Shown here one piece after another: positions 12,701 through 24,167 of a DNA stretch of 64,000 bases. Under the pieces are notes generated by a model. It did no database searches, was not told the origin of the DNA, and saw nothing but the letters and a program-made list of their open reading frames with translations. The stretch's first letter is position 1, and each line of letters starts with the position of its first letter. The position numbers were made by a program, and so were the translations under genes. The stretch spans positions 344,259-408,258 of the forward strand of contig NW_003314301.1 of NCBI RefSeq assembly GCF_000143415.4, read 5' to 3'. The DNA is from Selaginella moellendorffii. Taxonomy: Eukaryota > Plantae > Lycopodiophyta.

Positions 12701-14536
12701 TGTCAAGCAAGGTGGGCACAATTCCTGAGTCGGTTTGATTTTGTTATCAAGTACAGACCTAGAAAGCTTCAAGGCTTTCCTGATGCTCTTTCAAGGCGCT
12801 CCTATCTTAGTCTCAGGCCTGGTAATCCTGCCTTCGATCAACAGGATCAAGTTATCCTCGGTCCTGATCGGCTTCAAGTTATGGAAATTTCCCTGGCACC
12901 TCAGGACTCCTCCTTGATGGATGCCATCAGAAACGATCTTCAATTCGATGATCTCGCCAGTGACATTTTCCCCCATCTTCAAGCTGGACACCCTGTGACT
13001 CCCGACTGCCGGTGATTTGACGAGTTCGAGTTCTTAGATGGCTTATTATACCGTGGGGAGCAGCTTTATGTTCCTGAAGGTGATGCTCGAAGGTTGGTCC
13101 TAATGGCGTGCCACGATAGCCCGACTGCTGGTCACTTCGGCATTGCGAAAACCTATGAGCTAATTGCACGGGACTTTTGGTGGCCTCACATGGACGACTA
13201 CATCAAAGCTTTTGTTACCTCCTGTGACACTTGCGCCCGGAATAAGGTACCTCGCCACCTTCCTTCAGGTTTGCTTCATTCCTTTCTGGTCCCTTTAGGT
13301 CCTTGGGAATCCATCTCCATGGATTTCTTGAGTGATCTTCCGAGTTCTGGAGGCTTCAATAGCATTTTAGTCGTGGTGGATTGCTTCACAAAGATGGCGC
13401 ACTTCTTGCCATGTACCAAGGAGTTTTCGGGCGAGGACATGGCAAAACTGGTATTCAGGGAAAATTTCCAACTTCATGGGATTCCTACAGATGTGGTTTC
13501 GGATTGGGGGCCTCAGTTCATCTCTCATTTCTGGCAACGGTTTTTGCAGCTGCTTGGAGTGAAGGCCAACATCTCTTCGGCGTATCATCCTCAAACTGAT
13601 GGGCAGTCCGAGCGAACGATTCAGACGTTGGAACAATTCTTGAGGTGCTTCATCAACTATCATCAGGATAACTGGTTCGATATCCTTCCCCTTGCTGAGT
13701 TCTCCTATAACAACTCTGTTCACTCCTCTCTTTGAATTTCCCCCTTCTTTGCAAACTCTGGCCGAAATCCCCGATTCAATCTCTCACTTCCTTCTCCATC
13801 CGAATCCTCTCATTCAAATCCCCGCTCTGAGGCATTTGTCTCCAACCTCCAAGAAATCCACAACTCCATCTCCTTCCACCTCCATCGTGCTCAAGAATCT
13901 CACAAAACATTTGCCAATGTCCATCGTCAAGATTGTCCCCCTTATAATATCGGGGATAAAGTCTGGCTCCTCAGGCAAAATATCTCCACCACCAGGCCCT
14001 GTCCAAAACTTGATTTCAAACGCCTCGGTCCTTTCCCTATCACTGCCATCATTAATCCTATCACTTATCGCCTTGCACTTCCCTCCTTATATCAAATTCA
14101 CCCTGTTTTTCATTCCTCTCTCCTTGAGCCTTATATTCCCAGTCCTATTCCCAATCGGGTCATTCCTCCACCTCCACCAGTGCAGCTCGAGGATGGGTCT
14201 GAGTACGAGGTTCAGGACATCCTTGATTCCAAGATTTCATGGTCTAAACTCTACTATCTGGTCGACTGGAAGGGTTACAGGCCTGAAGAACGCACTTGGG
14301 AACCTGCGAACAACTTGATTCATTCTCCTGACCTTGTTCAAGACTTCCACCGCCACTATCCTTCTCGTCCCAGTCCTCATTCTTTTTCTCCATCTCCCAT
14401 CCCTCGCCGCTCATCTCATCCTCTTCGTCGTTCTCATTCACATCCTTGTTCCACTCGTTTTTTGAGGAGGGGGTGCTGTCAGGAATCCCCCAATTCTTGC
14501 CACATTTCTGACTCTCGCCGGATTCCTGACCTGTAG
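9750..14536 (+). pseudogene. gag-pol of chromovirus copy 1, disrupted by stops and frameshifts
   Basis: gag with CLYCADPNHKAAVC knuckle, protease [20 protein letters not shown], RNase H ADTSDFAIG, integrase HHCC and TDGQSER, chromodomain EYEVQDILDS...YLVDWKGYRPEERTWEP. Premature stops at e.g. 10413, 10572, 12128. Confidence 0.95.
10694..10777 (+). promoter_or_regulatory. -1 ribosomal frameshift signal: slippery heptamer plus H-type pseudoknot
   Basis: G GGA AAT in gag phase, 6-nt spacer, stem GTCCAAACAG/CTGTTTGGAC (10707-10716, 10729-10738), loop AGGAGCT pairing with AGCTCCT (10771-10777). pol is in the -1 frame. Confidence 0.85.
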
Positions 14537-15584
14537 ACCACATTCCTGATTCTCGAGACACTTCCCTATTCCTGACTCTCGAGACACTTCCCTATTCTTG
14601 ACTCTCAAGACACTTCCCTATTCCTGACTCTCGAGACACTTCCCTATTCCTGACTCTTTGATTTCCTGTACGATTCCTGAGTCTCGAGCCACATTCCTGA
14701 TATTGATGTGGCGCCTCCTCGACCTCAACTATATTTAGGCCGTCCTCGATCCAAGAGTGGTGGAGCTTCATCAACCTATAGTATATATAGGTTAGCTTTG
14801 TTTCATTTCTCCACAATCTGAATCAACGCCAGTCTAAGGCCTCTTCTTTGTTTCCACTAGCTTTTCTTTTTGTCTTTTGCATTTTCCAGTCTTGATTTTG
14901 TTGGGGGTCTTGACAATAGTTTTCCCTAATATCCCTTTTTCAGTCCCCACCAAATCCTTTTCTGTCCATGGCCATATTTGCCAACACTGACACTAGGTCA
15001 AGGCCCACAAACCCGACCACCAAGTCCCATTGTCCTCTGGGACTTCCTCACCATGTGACCGTATCCTTGGTCACTACACCAAAGGATTGTTTTTCTTCCT
15101 TTCCACAATCTGGGACTTTGGGACAACATTTCGGAACACCATGGCTTTACACAAGCCTCATAGGTACTCTTCCCACCTTTTGCATTTGGGTGCTTTAGCC
15201 ATGGGCTTAGAGTGAAGTTTTATTGAGCCACACCAGATATCCAAGTAGGTAGTGCCACCCATTCTTGGATTGGGAGCATCGACCATTCGACCTTCTGGGG
15301 GAGTTAGAGCTGACTCTTGAACACTTCACTAAGCTACCCCATTTGTTTGTCTGTATTCACTCTAGCTTTGGAATTCTCAATGGATATATCATCACTCAAC
15401 ACATGGGCATAGCTTTTTTGGGTCCCCCCCCCTTTGGGGATGATCGCTTTGGGCTTTCACCCAACAACCTGTACTAGTATTCGGACTCAAACTCGGACTC
15501 AGACTTGGTCTTGGTCTTGGTTTTGGACTTGGACTTAGACTCAATCTCGGTCTCGGTCTCGGTCTTAGTCTCAATCTTGGTTCT

Positions 15585-15890
15585 ATCTCGGACTCCATCT
15601 CAGGTCCATCTCGGACACCATTTCGGACTCCATCTTGGGTCTATCACGGACTCCATCTCGGGTCCATCTCAGACTCCATCTCGGGTCCATCTCGAACTCC
15701 ATCTCGAACTCCATCTCGGACTCCATCTTGGACTCCATCTTGAACTCCATCTCAGGTCCATCTCAGACTCCATCTCGGACTCCATCTCAGACTCCATCTC
15801 GGGTCCATCTTGGACTCCATCTTGAACTCCATCTTAAGTCCATCTTGAACTCCATCTTGGACTCCATCTTAGGTCCATCTCAAACTCCTC
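15585..15890. repeat. 12-bp minisatellite (GACTCCATCTCG) in the family A 3' LTR, ~25 units
   Basis: Visible tandem array; produces spurious SISD/LHLG/TPSR ORFs. Confidence 0.95.
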
Positions 15891-17244
15891 CACGTGTCCT
15901 ATGTTGGTCCTTTTGTGTCACTTTTCTAGAAACTCACTTATTGCTTGTTTCATGCTCATTTTTTGAGCACTTCATTGGGAGTTCCACTCCCACTCTCAAC
16001 TATCCAAGGTGGAGCTTTTAGTCCAAATGTGTTACTCTTGTTTGGTTTCTACTTTGACTACTACCATGTAACACCCTTTTGGCTCCACTTTTGGGGCTCT
16101 GGGATTTGTGTCTCATAACTCCACCACCCATAAATGAAGTTCGATGTCCTCATTAAATGATAACCATTTTATAAGGTAATACCAGCATGTATTACCCTTT
16201 CCATCTTTGGCACTTAGTCAATATTCTTCAATGGTTTGACACCAAGGCTCACCATAGTTCTCACTAAACTCATTAGAGACACCTTTTTTATCTCAATACC
16301 ACTACTCATTCTTGAGTAATCTTTATTTCCATCGATATAACTTTTGCACTTTAGAATTTTTAATTTTGACTTAATTTCCTAGGTGTCTCCATCATCTTAC
16401 ATTGCACATATTATGCAAACTTTGTTTCCCCATTTTAGGAAGTTCTCTACTTAAGGGCACTATCATCCTTTTTTCTATTTCTTGCCACCTTTGGCACTAA
16501 GTTTTAGTTATCACAATTTATGTTAAGGCTTTCACAACACTATCATTTGGCTACCTTGCCACTCCCTCCTTTGGAGCTTTCACTTTCACCAAATTGGAGT
16601 AGTTGGAAATCCATCTTTCGAAACATATTGCCTTTCCCACAATCTATTAACATCCAACACTTTAGTGTTTCTAGCCTAATTTTGCTATTTGAATTCCTTC
16701 CCATGATTCCCATGGCTTTTTTCTTAGCCACTACTCTTTTGTTCCTATTATTTGATTGTTGCACCCAACAATATAGGATCATTACCTCCATTCTCGAGGT
16801 ATCTTTTCGGTTCCATAGCAAAGATTTTGTTTTGCCAAGTCTAGAAGGTGTTCATCCCTAGTAACTCTCTTAAACATTTTTTGCTATGTGCTCTATCTCT
16901 AGCCCAACTTTGTGACCCTCCCATGGGTCTCTTCTAGAGAGTACTTTCTTCGGATTGACTATGCCATTGCATTGATATAACTCATTTCACTTAGGTGTTC
17001 TTCCCATTTGGTCATCTTGACCAAACCACACCATTATTAATAGTTTAAATTAACACTTTGAACTATGAACTTTATTCTTTAACTTCACAAGGACTTTGTC
17101 CTTGCTTAACCATAAAATCACTTAATGATCTACCTTTGACACCTTAATAGGTTTGCCAATAGGTACTAGGTCTTCCAGACTTTTGAGTTGTTGACCATGA
17201 CTCGAGGGGCATCCCTCTCACTTAGTGGTGCACCCAAGCCAGCC

Positions 17245-17916
17245 TGTAGCGCACCTTATCTCTCTCCCCTTAAGCCAACTGGAAAAGGGGCAATTGCTTG
17301 ATGAGAGAGCCCTTAGTGGCTATTTTATCCCCATTTATCCCCCAAGGTTCCAAGGATCCACGGTGACAGTATATCCAAATCTCATCCCATGATCACATGC
17401 GCTACACTCACCCCCCTTCAGAGATGTCAATGTCCTCATTGACTATTGACTAGCAACCCCTACTGAGCCAAGGGAACCAGCACCTCCATTTCCGCACTCA
17501 ATCTACCAATCCTTCCATTGTGTAGACCAGCTATTCCATGTGAGGCAACTAGTCATCCACCCGTACCGTAGTCCCACGGTAGATACATTCGTCCGTGGAT
17601 ACTCCACACAAGAGGAAGGACGTACGCATGGATGCCCAATACGTACGATTTCAAATTTAGGGGTAGGAATATACCTTGCTCAAGGGTATATTATATTTTT
17701 AAGTAGCCATTAATCAATGGGAATCGAACCCGTGCCATTTGCTCCGATACCAACTGTAGCGCACCTTATCTCTCTCCCCTTAAGCCAACTGGAAAAGGGG
17801 CAATTGCTTGATAAGAGAGCCTTTAGTGGCTATTTTATCCCCATTTATCCCCCAAGGTTCCAAGGATCCACGGTGATAGTATATCCAAATCTCATCTCAT
17901 GATCACATGCGCTACA
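17245..17916 (-). mobile_element. TRIM (terminal-repeat retrotransposon in miniature)
   Basis: Near-identical 162-bp LTRs 17245-17406 and 17755-17916; TSD CAGCC; PBS TGGTATCGGAGC (17741-17752, minus); PPT AAGGGGGGTGAG next to 17406; non-coding interior. Confidence 0.95.
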
Positions 17917-19001
17917 CAGCCCTTCTGGCCAAGAGTCCATAGTAACTATGGTTCGGTTTTATATCTTTACTACTTGCTTTTTGGCCATATACCTTTCTTT
18001 TAGTTTATTTCTTCCCATCTAGGAAGGTAGTTTTGCACTTTCTACCATGCCTTAGCAAGTATTTTTAGGGATGAACCTATCAATAACTTAGAGAGTGGTT
18101 CTTCAATCTGGATATATTCACCATGTAATCCTACACACTGGGATTAACATCACTATGCATGGGACTCTTTATACCCTTTGCTAGCTATGCCAAAATCCCT
18201 TTTAACTTGGTCTAATTCGGACAGATAGACTTCCCTCGTCTCTGCAACCTTGAATGTTAGATAGCACTTTCTATCCATTATTCACTAGGGACTTAGTCTT
18301 TTGGGCCTTATCTAATGCCCTCATAATGCTAAACACCACTTTTTGGTGTTTTAGAGTGTTTAGTTGCCCCAATGATGGCCTTCAATGAGCATTTTCTTTT
18401 TTAACATTGACTTATTATATTGCAATATAAGTAATTTATCCTTTCGAGGGATATATTTAACTTCTTTATTCAAATAAGAAGTCTTGGGTAATTAATTTCT
18501 ATCAATTCAATCAATTAGGTTGCACCTTTTGCTTAGTTGCCTTATAGTTGTTAAATCATACAACTTATTGCTGGTGCTTCTACACCTCCATCATTATTTG
18601 GGTCATTATACTTTAATCACATGCTTTTCAACTTAAGCTATGCATTCTCAGTTCCATTGAGATTCTTTTGGTAAGGGGTTATCATGAACCCACTATTTTG
18701 ACATCAAGGCATCACACCTTAGCATATTTAGTGTCTTTACACCATTGGCTCTCCTTACAACACTTTCCATTTGTGTCTAGGTTTTTGCCAAGACCAAAGT
18801 AGTCATTTCTCATGCCAACTATTAGTTAGCACTACACCATAGTGTTCACACACAACTCTGCACCAAAGTTGTTTTCTTCTGGAAACACCTTTCCCACAAT
18901 TTTAGTATAACACATCCTGCCATCAATGAGATACCCACTATTTTCATACTTAAATTTTATGATCATCTCTGTCCTTCATAGAGTGTACTGGTCCAGTTTG
19001 C

Positions 19002-19516
19002 TCCCAAGACCCTTAACCGATTGGAAAAGGGGGTGCACTCTTGTTCATGGGCCCTTTCCCTCTATATTTGAACCCCTATGGATTGTCTCTCGAATCGTTC
19101 CCTTTGGTTGCTTACAATCCACCACGCTTCCCTGCAAGTTCATGCCCTCGTGAACGGAAGCTGAGAGCCGCAGCTCTCCTGAGAGCCCCGCTCTCTTGAC
19201 ACCCTACCCGTCGGGTCGAGCCCAGCGGGAGCAAACTGGACCAGCCAGATGTTAATCAACATGTGGTGCGATTCCCCTAGCCAACCAACAGAGTCGGACC
19301 CGAGACCACTCTGATACCAAATGTAAGCTCTTGAATTTGGACTTCCCGGGAGGTCACCCAGCCCAGTACTATTCAAACCCAAGGACACTTAACCCCAAAT
19401 ATCCCAAGACCCTTAACCGATTGGAAAAGGGGGTGCACTCTTGTTCATGGGCCCTTTCCCTCTATATTTGAACCCCTATGGATTGTCTCTCGAATCGTTC
19501 CCTTTAGTTGCTTACA
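19002..19516 (-). mobile_element. Cassandra-type TRIM with a 5S rRNA-derived LTR segment; 3' LTR truncated
   Basis: 5' LTR 19322-19516. Minus strand 19393-19339 reads GTTAAGTGTCCTTGGGTTTGAATAGTACTGGGCTGGGTGACCTCCCGGGAAGTCC, matching the plant 5S internal control region. PBS TGGTATCAGAG at 19309-19319; partial LTR at 19002-19116. Confidence 0.9.
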
Positions 19517-21824
19517 CTTAGTCCAAATGATTTTACTAGTCCTTTAGGACTATTCCTTGACTCCACTTAAGTCATTTAGCTTTTTGGAGTTTGTCAATTT
19601 GATGACTCATAAGGTTGTAGCCTCACGGTTATCTTTGAAGTGCCAATTCACTAGAATACAATTTTATGTATTCATGTCTTACTCACAAGAACCATCTTTA
19701 CAAGTATTATTCCAACACTTGATTATTTTTTGTTCCCTATAGACTACCTTTGCCCCGTCTATATAATGAAAATACTGACTTATCCTTTAAGGACACCCCC
19801 AACTCCTTAGGTTTGTTTTAGCATTTATAAAAGTAGCATCGACTACCATTTCAAGGATTTATGTCCTCATCTATTTTTGACCTCCCACGGTCATTAATTA
19901 TGGTCTTGGGAGAGTGGCACTACCTACTTGGATACCAAGCGTGGCATGAACCCCAACTATATAAGGATAATCTTATGATTTCTTTATTGTTTTGGAGTCT
20001 TTATCTTTCTTGTGATCCCAACTATAGTTGTTTACCACAATTACATTAGCCAATTTATTAAGTCAAACACTCATCTGAATCACATCCTCAACTCTTTGAG
20101 GAAACCTTATACTATTCCCAAGATCCCAAAGTCATTCCTTTATAGGCCCTTTTCTATCCACCACATTGCCTACAAATTCACACATGAATTGTAGTGGAGA
20201 GCCATGTCCTCCCGACCTTCTACTCCTCAAGGATAAGCCCACTCCTAGGACTTTCTGATGACAACTAAAGTGGTGATATATTTGAGCACCAATAAAAGTT
20301 GAACTAAGGAATAGCTTTGATACCAAATTGTAAGCGACTAAATTTTTCATTCTACTTTAGTCACTTAACCACACCTCCAACCATTTAGAGGAGTCTCACT
20401 CACAACCTCCATAAATCCTATTTTGGACTTGGGGCTTGCTAGCCCCAAGAATGGCATCCATGCCACTCAACTTTTGCATTTGGTCTAAGTGCTCCATGTG
20501 TCCGATCTTATAACCAACACCCAAAGGTACCATCAATATACCAACCCATTATAATAAAGCCATGCCCATTCACCTTTGTTACACTGGTGGTTCAACACCA
20601 CCTACATCCTAATCCTATCTCTTAAAGACTGGGCCATCCATCTATGAGTGATCATTCTAGATCCACTCCTTAGCATCTTTAGGACATCTATAGACATGGG
20701 GAACAGAGTTCCCCAATATCCCTTTTTCAGTCCCCACCAAATCCCTTTTTGTCCATGGCCATATTCGCTAACACTGCCACTGGGTCAAAGCCCACATGCC
20801 CAACCACCAAGTCCCACTATCCTTTAGGACTTCCTCACCATGTGACCGTATCTTAGGTCACTACACCAAAGGATTGCTCTTCTTCCTTTTTATAATCCGG
20901 GACTTTGGGACAACATTTCGGAACATCGTGGCCCTACGCAAGCTTTATGGGTACTCTCCCCACCTTTTGCTTTTGGGTGCTCTAGCCATGGGCTTAGAGC
21001 GAGGTTTTGTTGAGCCACACCAGGTATCCAAGTAGGTAGTGCCACCCATGCTTGGACTGGGAGCATTGACCATTCAACCTCTCGGGGGAGCTAGAGCTAG
21101 CTCTTGAACACTTCACTAAGTTACCTCGCTTGTCTGTCTATATTCATTCTAGCTTTGGACTTCTCAATAGATATATCATCATTCAACAAATGGTCATAGC
21201 CTTCTTGGGTCACATTGGCTTTTCCTAGCCAAACTGGCCCCATTGGGTCCAAGCCCCACACTCTCCCTACTATACTTTTTAGAACCTTGCAGCCCCAACT
21301 CCCCCCCCCTCCCCCCCCCCGGGGGACGATCGCTTTGGGCTTTCACCTAACAGCCTGTATTAGTATTCAGACTTGAACTCGGGCTCAGACTTAGTCTTGG
21401 TCTCAATTTTGGACTTGGACTCAGACTCGGTCTTGGTCTCGGTCTTGCTTCCATCTTGAACTCCATCTCGGACTCCATCTCGCGTCCATCTTGGACTCCA
21501 TCTCGGGTCCATCTCGGACTCCATCTTGGACTCTATCTTGGGTCCATCTCAGATTCCATCTTGGACTCTATCTTGGGTCCATCTCGGACTATCTTGACTC
21601 CATCTCAGACTCCATCTCAGGTCCATCTTAGACTCCATCTTGGACTCCATCTCGGGTCCATCTCGAACTCCATCTCAAGTCTATCTTAGACTCCATCTCC
21701 ATCTTGGACTCCATCTTAGATTCCATCTCAGACTCCATCTCGAGTCCATCTCAGACTCCATCTTGAGTCCATCTTAGACTCCATCTCGGACTCCATTTCG
21801 GACTCCATCTTGGGTCCATCTTGG

Positions 21825-22973
21825 TGTAAGCCACAAATTTTTCCTTTTCAAATTGCCAACTTACCTCGTCTATCCGTCCAACACTGCCTTGGCTTTTGCT
21901 AAGTTCCCTTGACAAGGTTTTTGCCTATGGTACCAGCTCCTACTTGGTCCTACTTGGTTTCAGCTAGGCACTGCACAAGCAACGGAGGATTAGCCATCCA
22001 TCCACGGATTCCCAAATCACTCCCAATCCCCCTCCCCGGGTTAGACTAGACTTAAGGTTCGGCTACACTCCCCGCAAGCACAAGCAGCCAAGCACACCAA
22101 ACTTCCTGGTTCCTAACACCCTTTGGTACCACAAGACTTGATCATGGGACCCTCTAAATCCCAAGTCTTGAATGCAACACTTGCTTCGGGACGCCGGGGT
22201 GAAACACCGTGGCCTAACGGCCCAATATGGGTACCTCTACCCCCCCACTTCCATCCCGAAGGAAGGCCCAAGCCCCTAGGAAGGGCGAGGACCAATGAGC
22301 CGCATGGTACTCAAGTGGGGCACCACTCCACATGAGCCGGGAGCACCGCGATCGGTTTCCCTTTCGGGAGTGGGAGCTGCTCTTGAGCACTTCCTTGGAT
22401 GGCCCCTCCGGCACCAACCAAGTCTATGCTCACTCCCACCCAAGGCCCCTCGGTCCTAGTCTCAACCTCAAGTCGGTTTGGAAGCCCCACTGGAGAGTCC
22501 CTTCAAAACTGGTTCCTGGACCTCACTATCCCTATCCCTACTATACTTTTGGAACCCCCTGCAACCCCCCCCCGGGAGACGCACGCTTTGGGCTTTCACC
22601 CCTTGACTCGTATTAGTATTTGGACTTAGTCTCTGGCTCGATCTCGGACTCGATTTCGGATCCGACTTCGGATTCGGTCTTGGACTCGATCTCGGACTCG
22701 ATCTCGGACCCGATCTTGGACCCGACCTCGGACTCGACCTCGGACTCGGTCTCGGACCTGATTTCGGATCTCGGACTCCGTCTCGAACTCGGTCTCGAAC
22801 TCGGTCCCCGAGTCGGCCTCGGACTCGATTCCGGACTCTATCTCGAACTCGGTCTTAAAGTCGGTCTTGGACTCGATCTTCGACTTGGTCCCATCCGATG
22901 AACTCTTTGTCATTTTGGTCATGCTTTCGGGGTTCCTTTAGCCTACGACACCTTGGCGAGTTGGTTCCTTACA
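21825..22973 (-). mobile_element. Solo LTR (family B, related to family A)
   Basis: TGTAAG...CTTACA termini; TSD CTTGG; carries a variant 12-bp array (GACTCGATCTCG) at ~22630-22890. Strand inferred from motifs shared with family A. Confidence 0.9.
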
Positions 22974-23641
22974 CTTGGGTCCATCTCAGACTCCATCTTG
23001 GACTCCATCTCGGGTTTATTTCGGACTCCATCTCAGGTCCATCTCAGGTCGATCTCGGTCCATCTCAGGTCCATCTTGGACTCCATCTTAGACTCCATCT
23101 CAGACTCTATCTCGAGTCCATCTCAGACTCCATCTTGAGTCCATCTTAGACTCCATCTCGGACTCCATTTCAGACTCCATCTCGGGTCCATCTCAGACTC
23201 CATCTCGGACTCCATCTTAGACTCCATCTCGGGTCCATCTCGGACTCTATCTCGAGTCCATCTCGGACTACATCTCAGACTCCATTTCGGACTCCATCTC
23301 GGGTCCATCTCAGACTCCATCTTGAACTCCATCTCGGACTCCATCTCGGGTCCATCTCGGACTCCAGCTTGGGTCTATCTTGGACTCCATCTCGAACTCC
23401 ATCTCAGACTCCATCTCAGACTCCATCTCGGACTCCATCTCAGACTCCATCTCGAGTCCATTTCGAACTCCATCTCAGACTCCATTTCAAACTCCATCTT
23501 GGGTCTCTCTCGGACTCCATCTCGAACTCCATCTTGAACTCTATCTTGGGTCCATCTCGGACTCCATCTCAAGTCCATCTCAGACTCCATCTCGAGTCTA
23601 TCTCGAACTCCATCTCGGGTGCATCTCAGACTCCATCTCAA

Positions 23642-24167
23642 TGTAGCGCACGTGGTTTTGACCCTTTATCCTATGGTGATTTACCATAGGGTAACACCAC
23701 GAAGTAGAACCTAACCCTCCATGTGCCACGTGACAGATGCCACATGTCCAAAGAAACGTGGTGTGGAACCTGAGTTTCAGGGCCTTGGGCCACTGAACGA
23801 AGGAATAAAGCCAGACTCCGTTTGGCTCCATTTTGCGTACTGGTCCTGGCATTGGGATGCTGGTTACTCTAGGACTGTTCCAAGTCGCTCCGGGCTCCTG
23901 TCCCTTCACTCCTTGGGCTGTATGCTCGGGAGTTGCTCCATGGTCCGGTTCCTTCACCCCTTGACTCCATGCTTGGGAGTTTGGCACCGTTCCTTCGTTT
24001 AGTGGCCCAAGGCCACAAAACTCGGGTTCCACACCATGTTCCTTTGGACATGTGGCATGTGACATGTGGCATCTGTCACGTGGCACATGGAGGGTTAGGT
24101 TCCACTTCGTGGTGTTATCCTATGGTAAATCACCATAGGATAAAGGGTCAAAACCACATGTGCTACA
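23642..24167. mobile_element. 526-bp foldback element made of two inverted copies of the family C LTR 3' end
   Basis: TG...CA ends, ~170-bp terminal inverted repeats and 5-bp TSD CTCAA. Sequence matches the 3' end of the LTRs at 37063-38213 and 43022-43734. Confidence 0.9.

Larger units (their letters stand above)
9266..14915 (+). mobile_element. Full-length Ty3/gypsy chromovirus (Tf1/sushi/Tcn1-like), copy 1, nested in the family A 3' LTR
   Basis: LTRs 9266-9652 and 14477-14915 (TGTCA...TGACA); TSD ATAGT (9261-9265, 14916-14920); PPT GAGGAGGGGGTGC at 14464-14476; gag-PR-RT-RH-IN-chromodomain order. Confidence 0.97.

Noticed and set aside
17715-17752. tRNA-like sequence
   Set aside because: Only a B-box-like 12-mer and a PBS; no cloverleaf.
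19339-19393. Possible 5S rRNA gene
   Set aside because: Only the internal ~55 nt match, embedded in an LTR; it is part of a Cassandra element.
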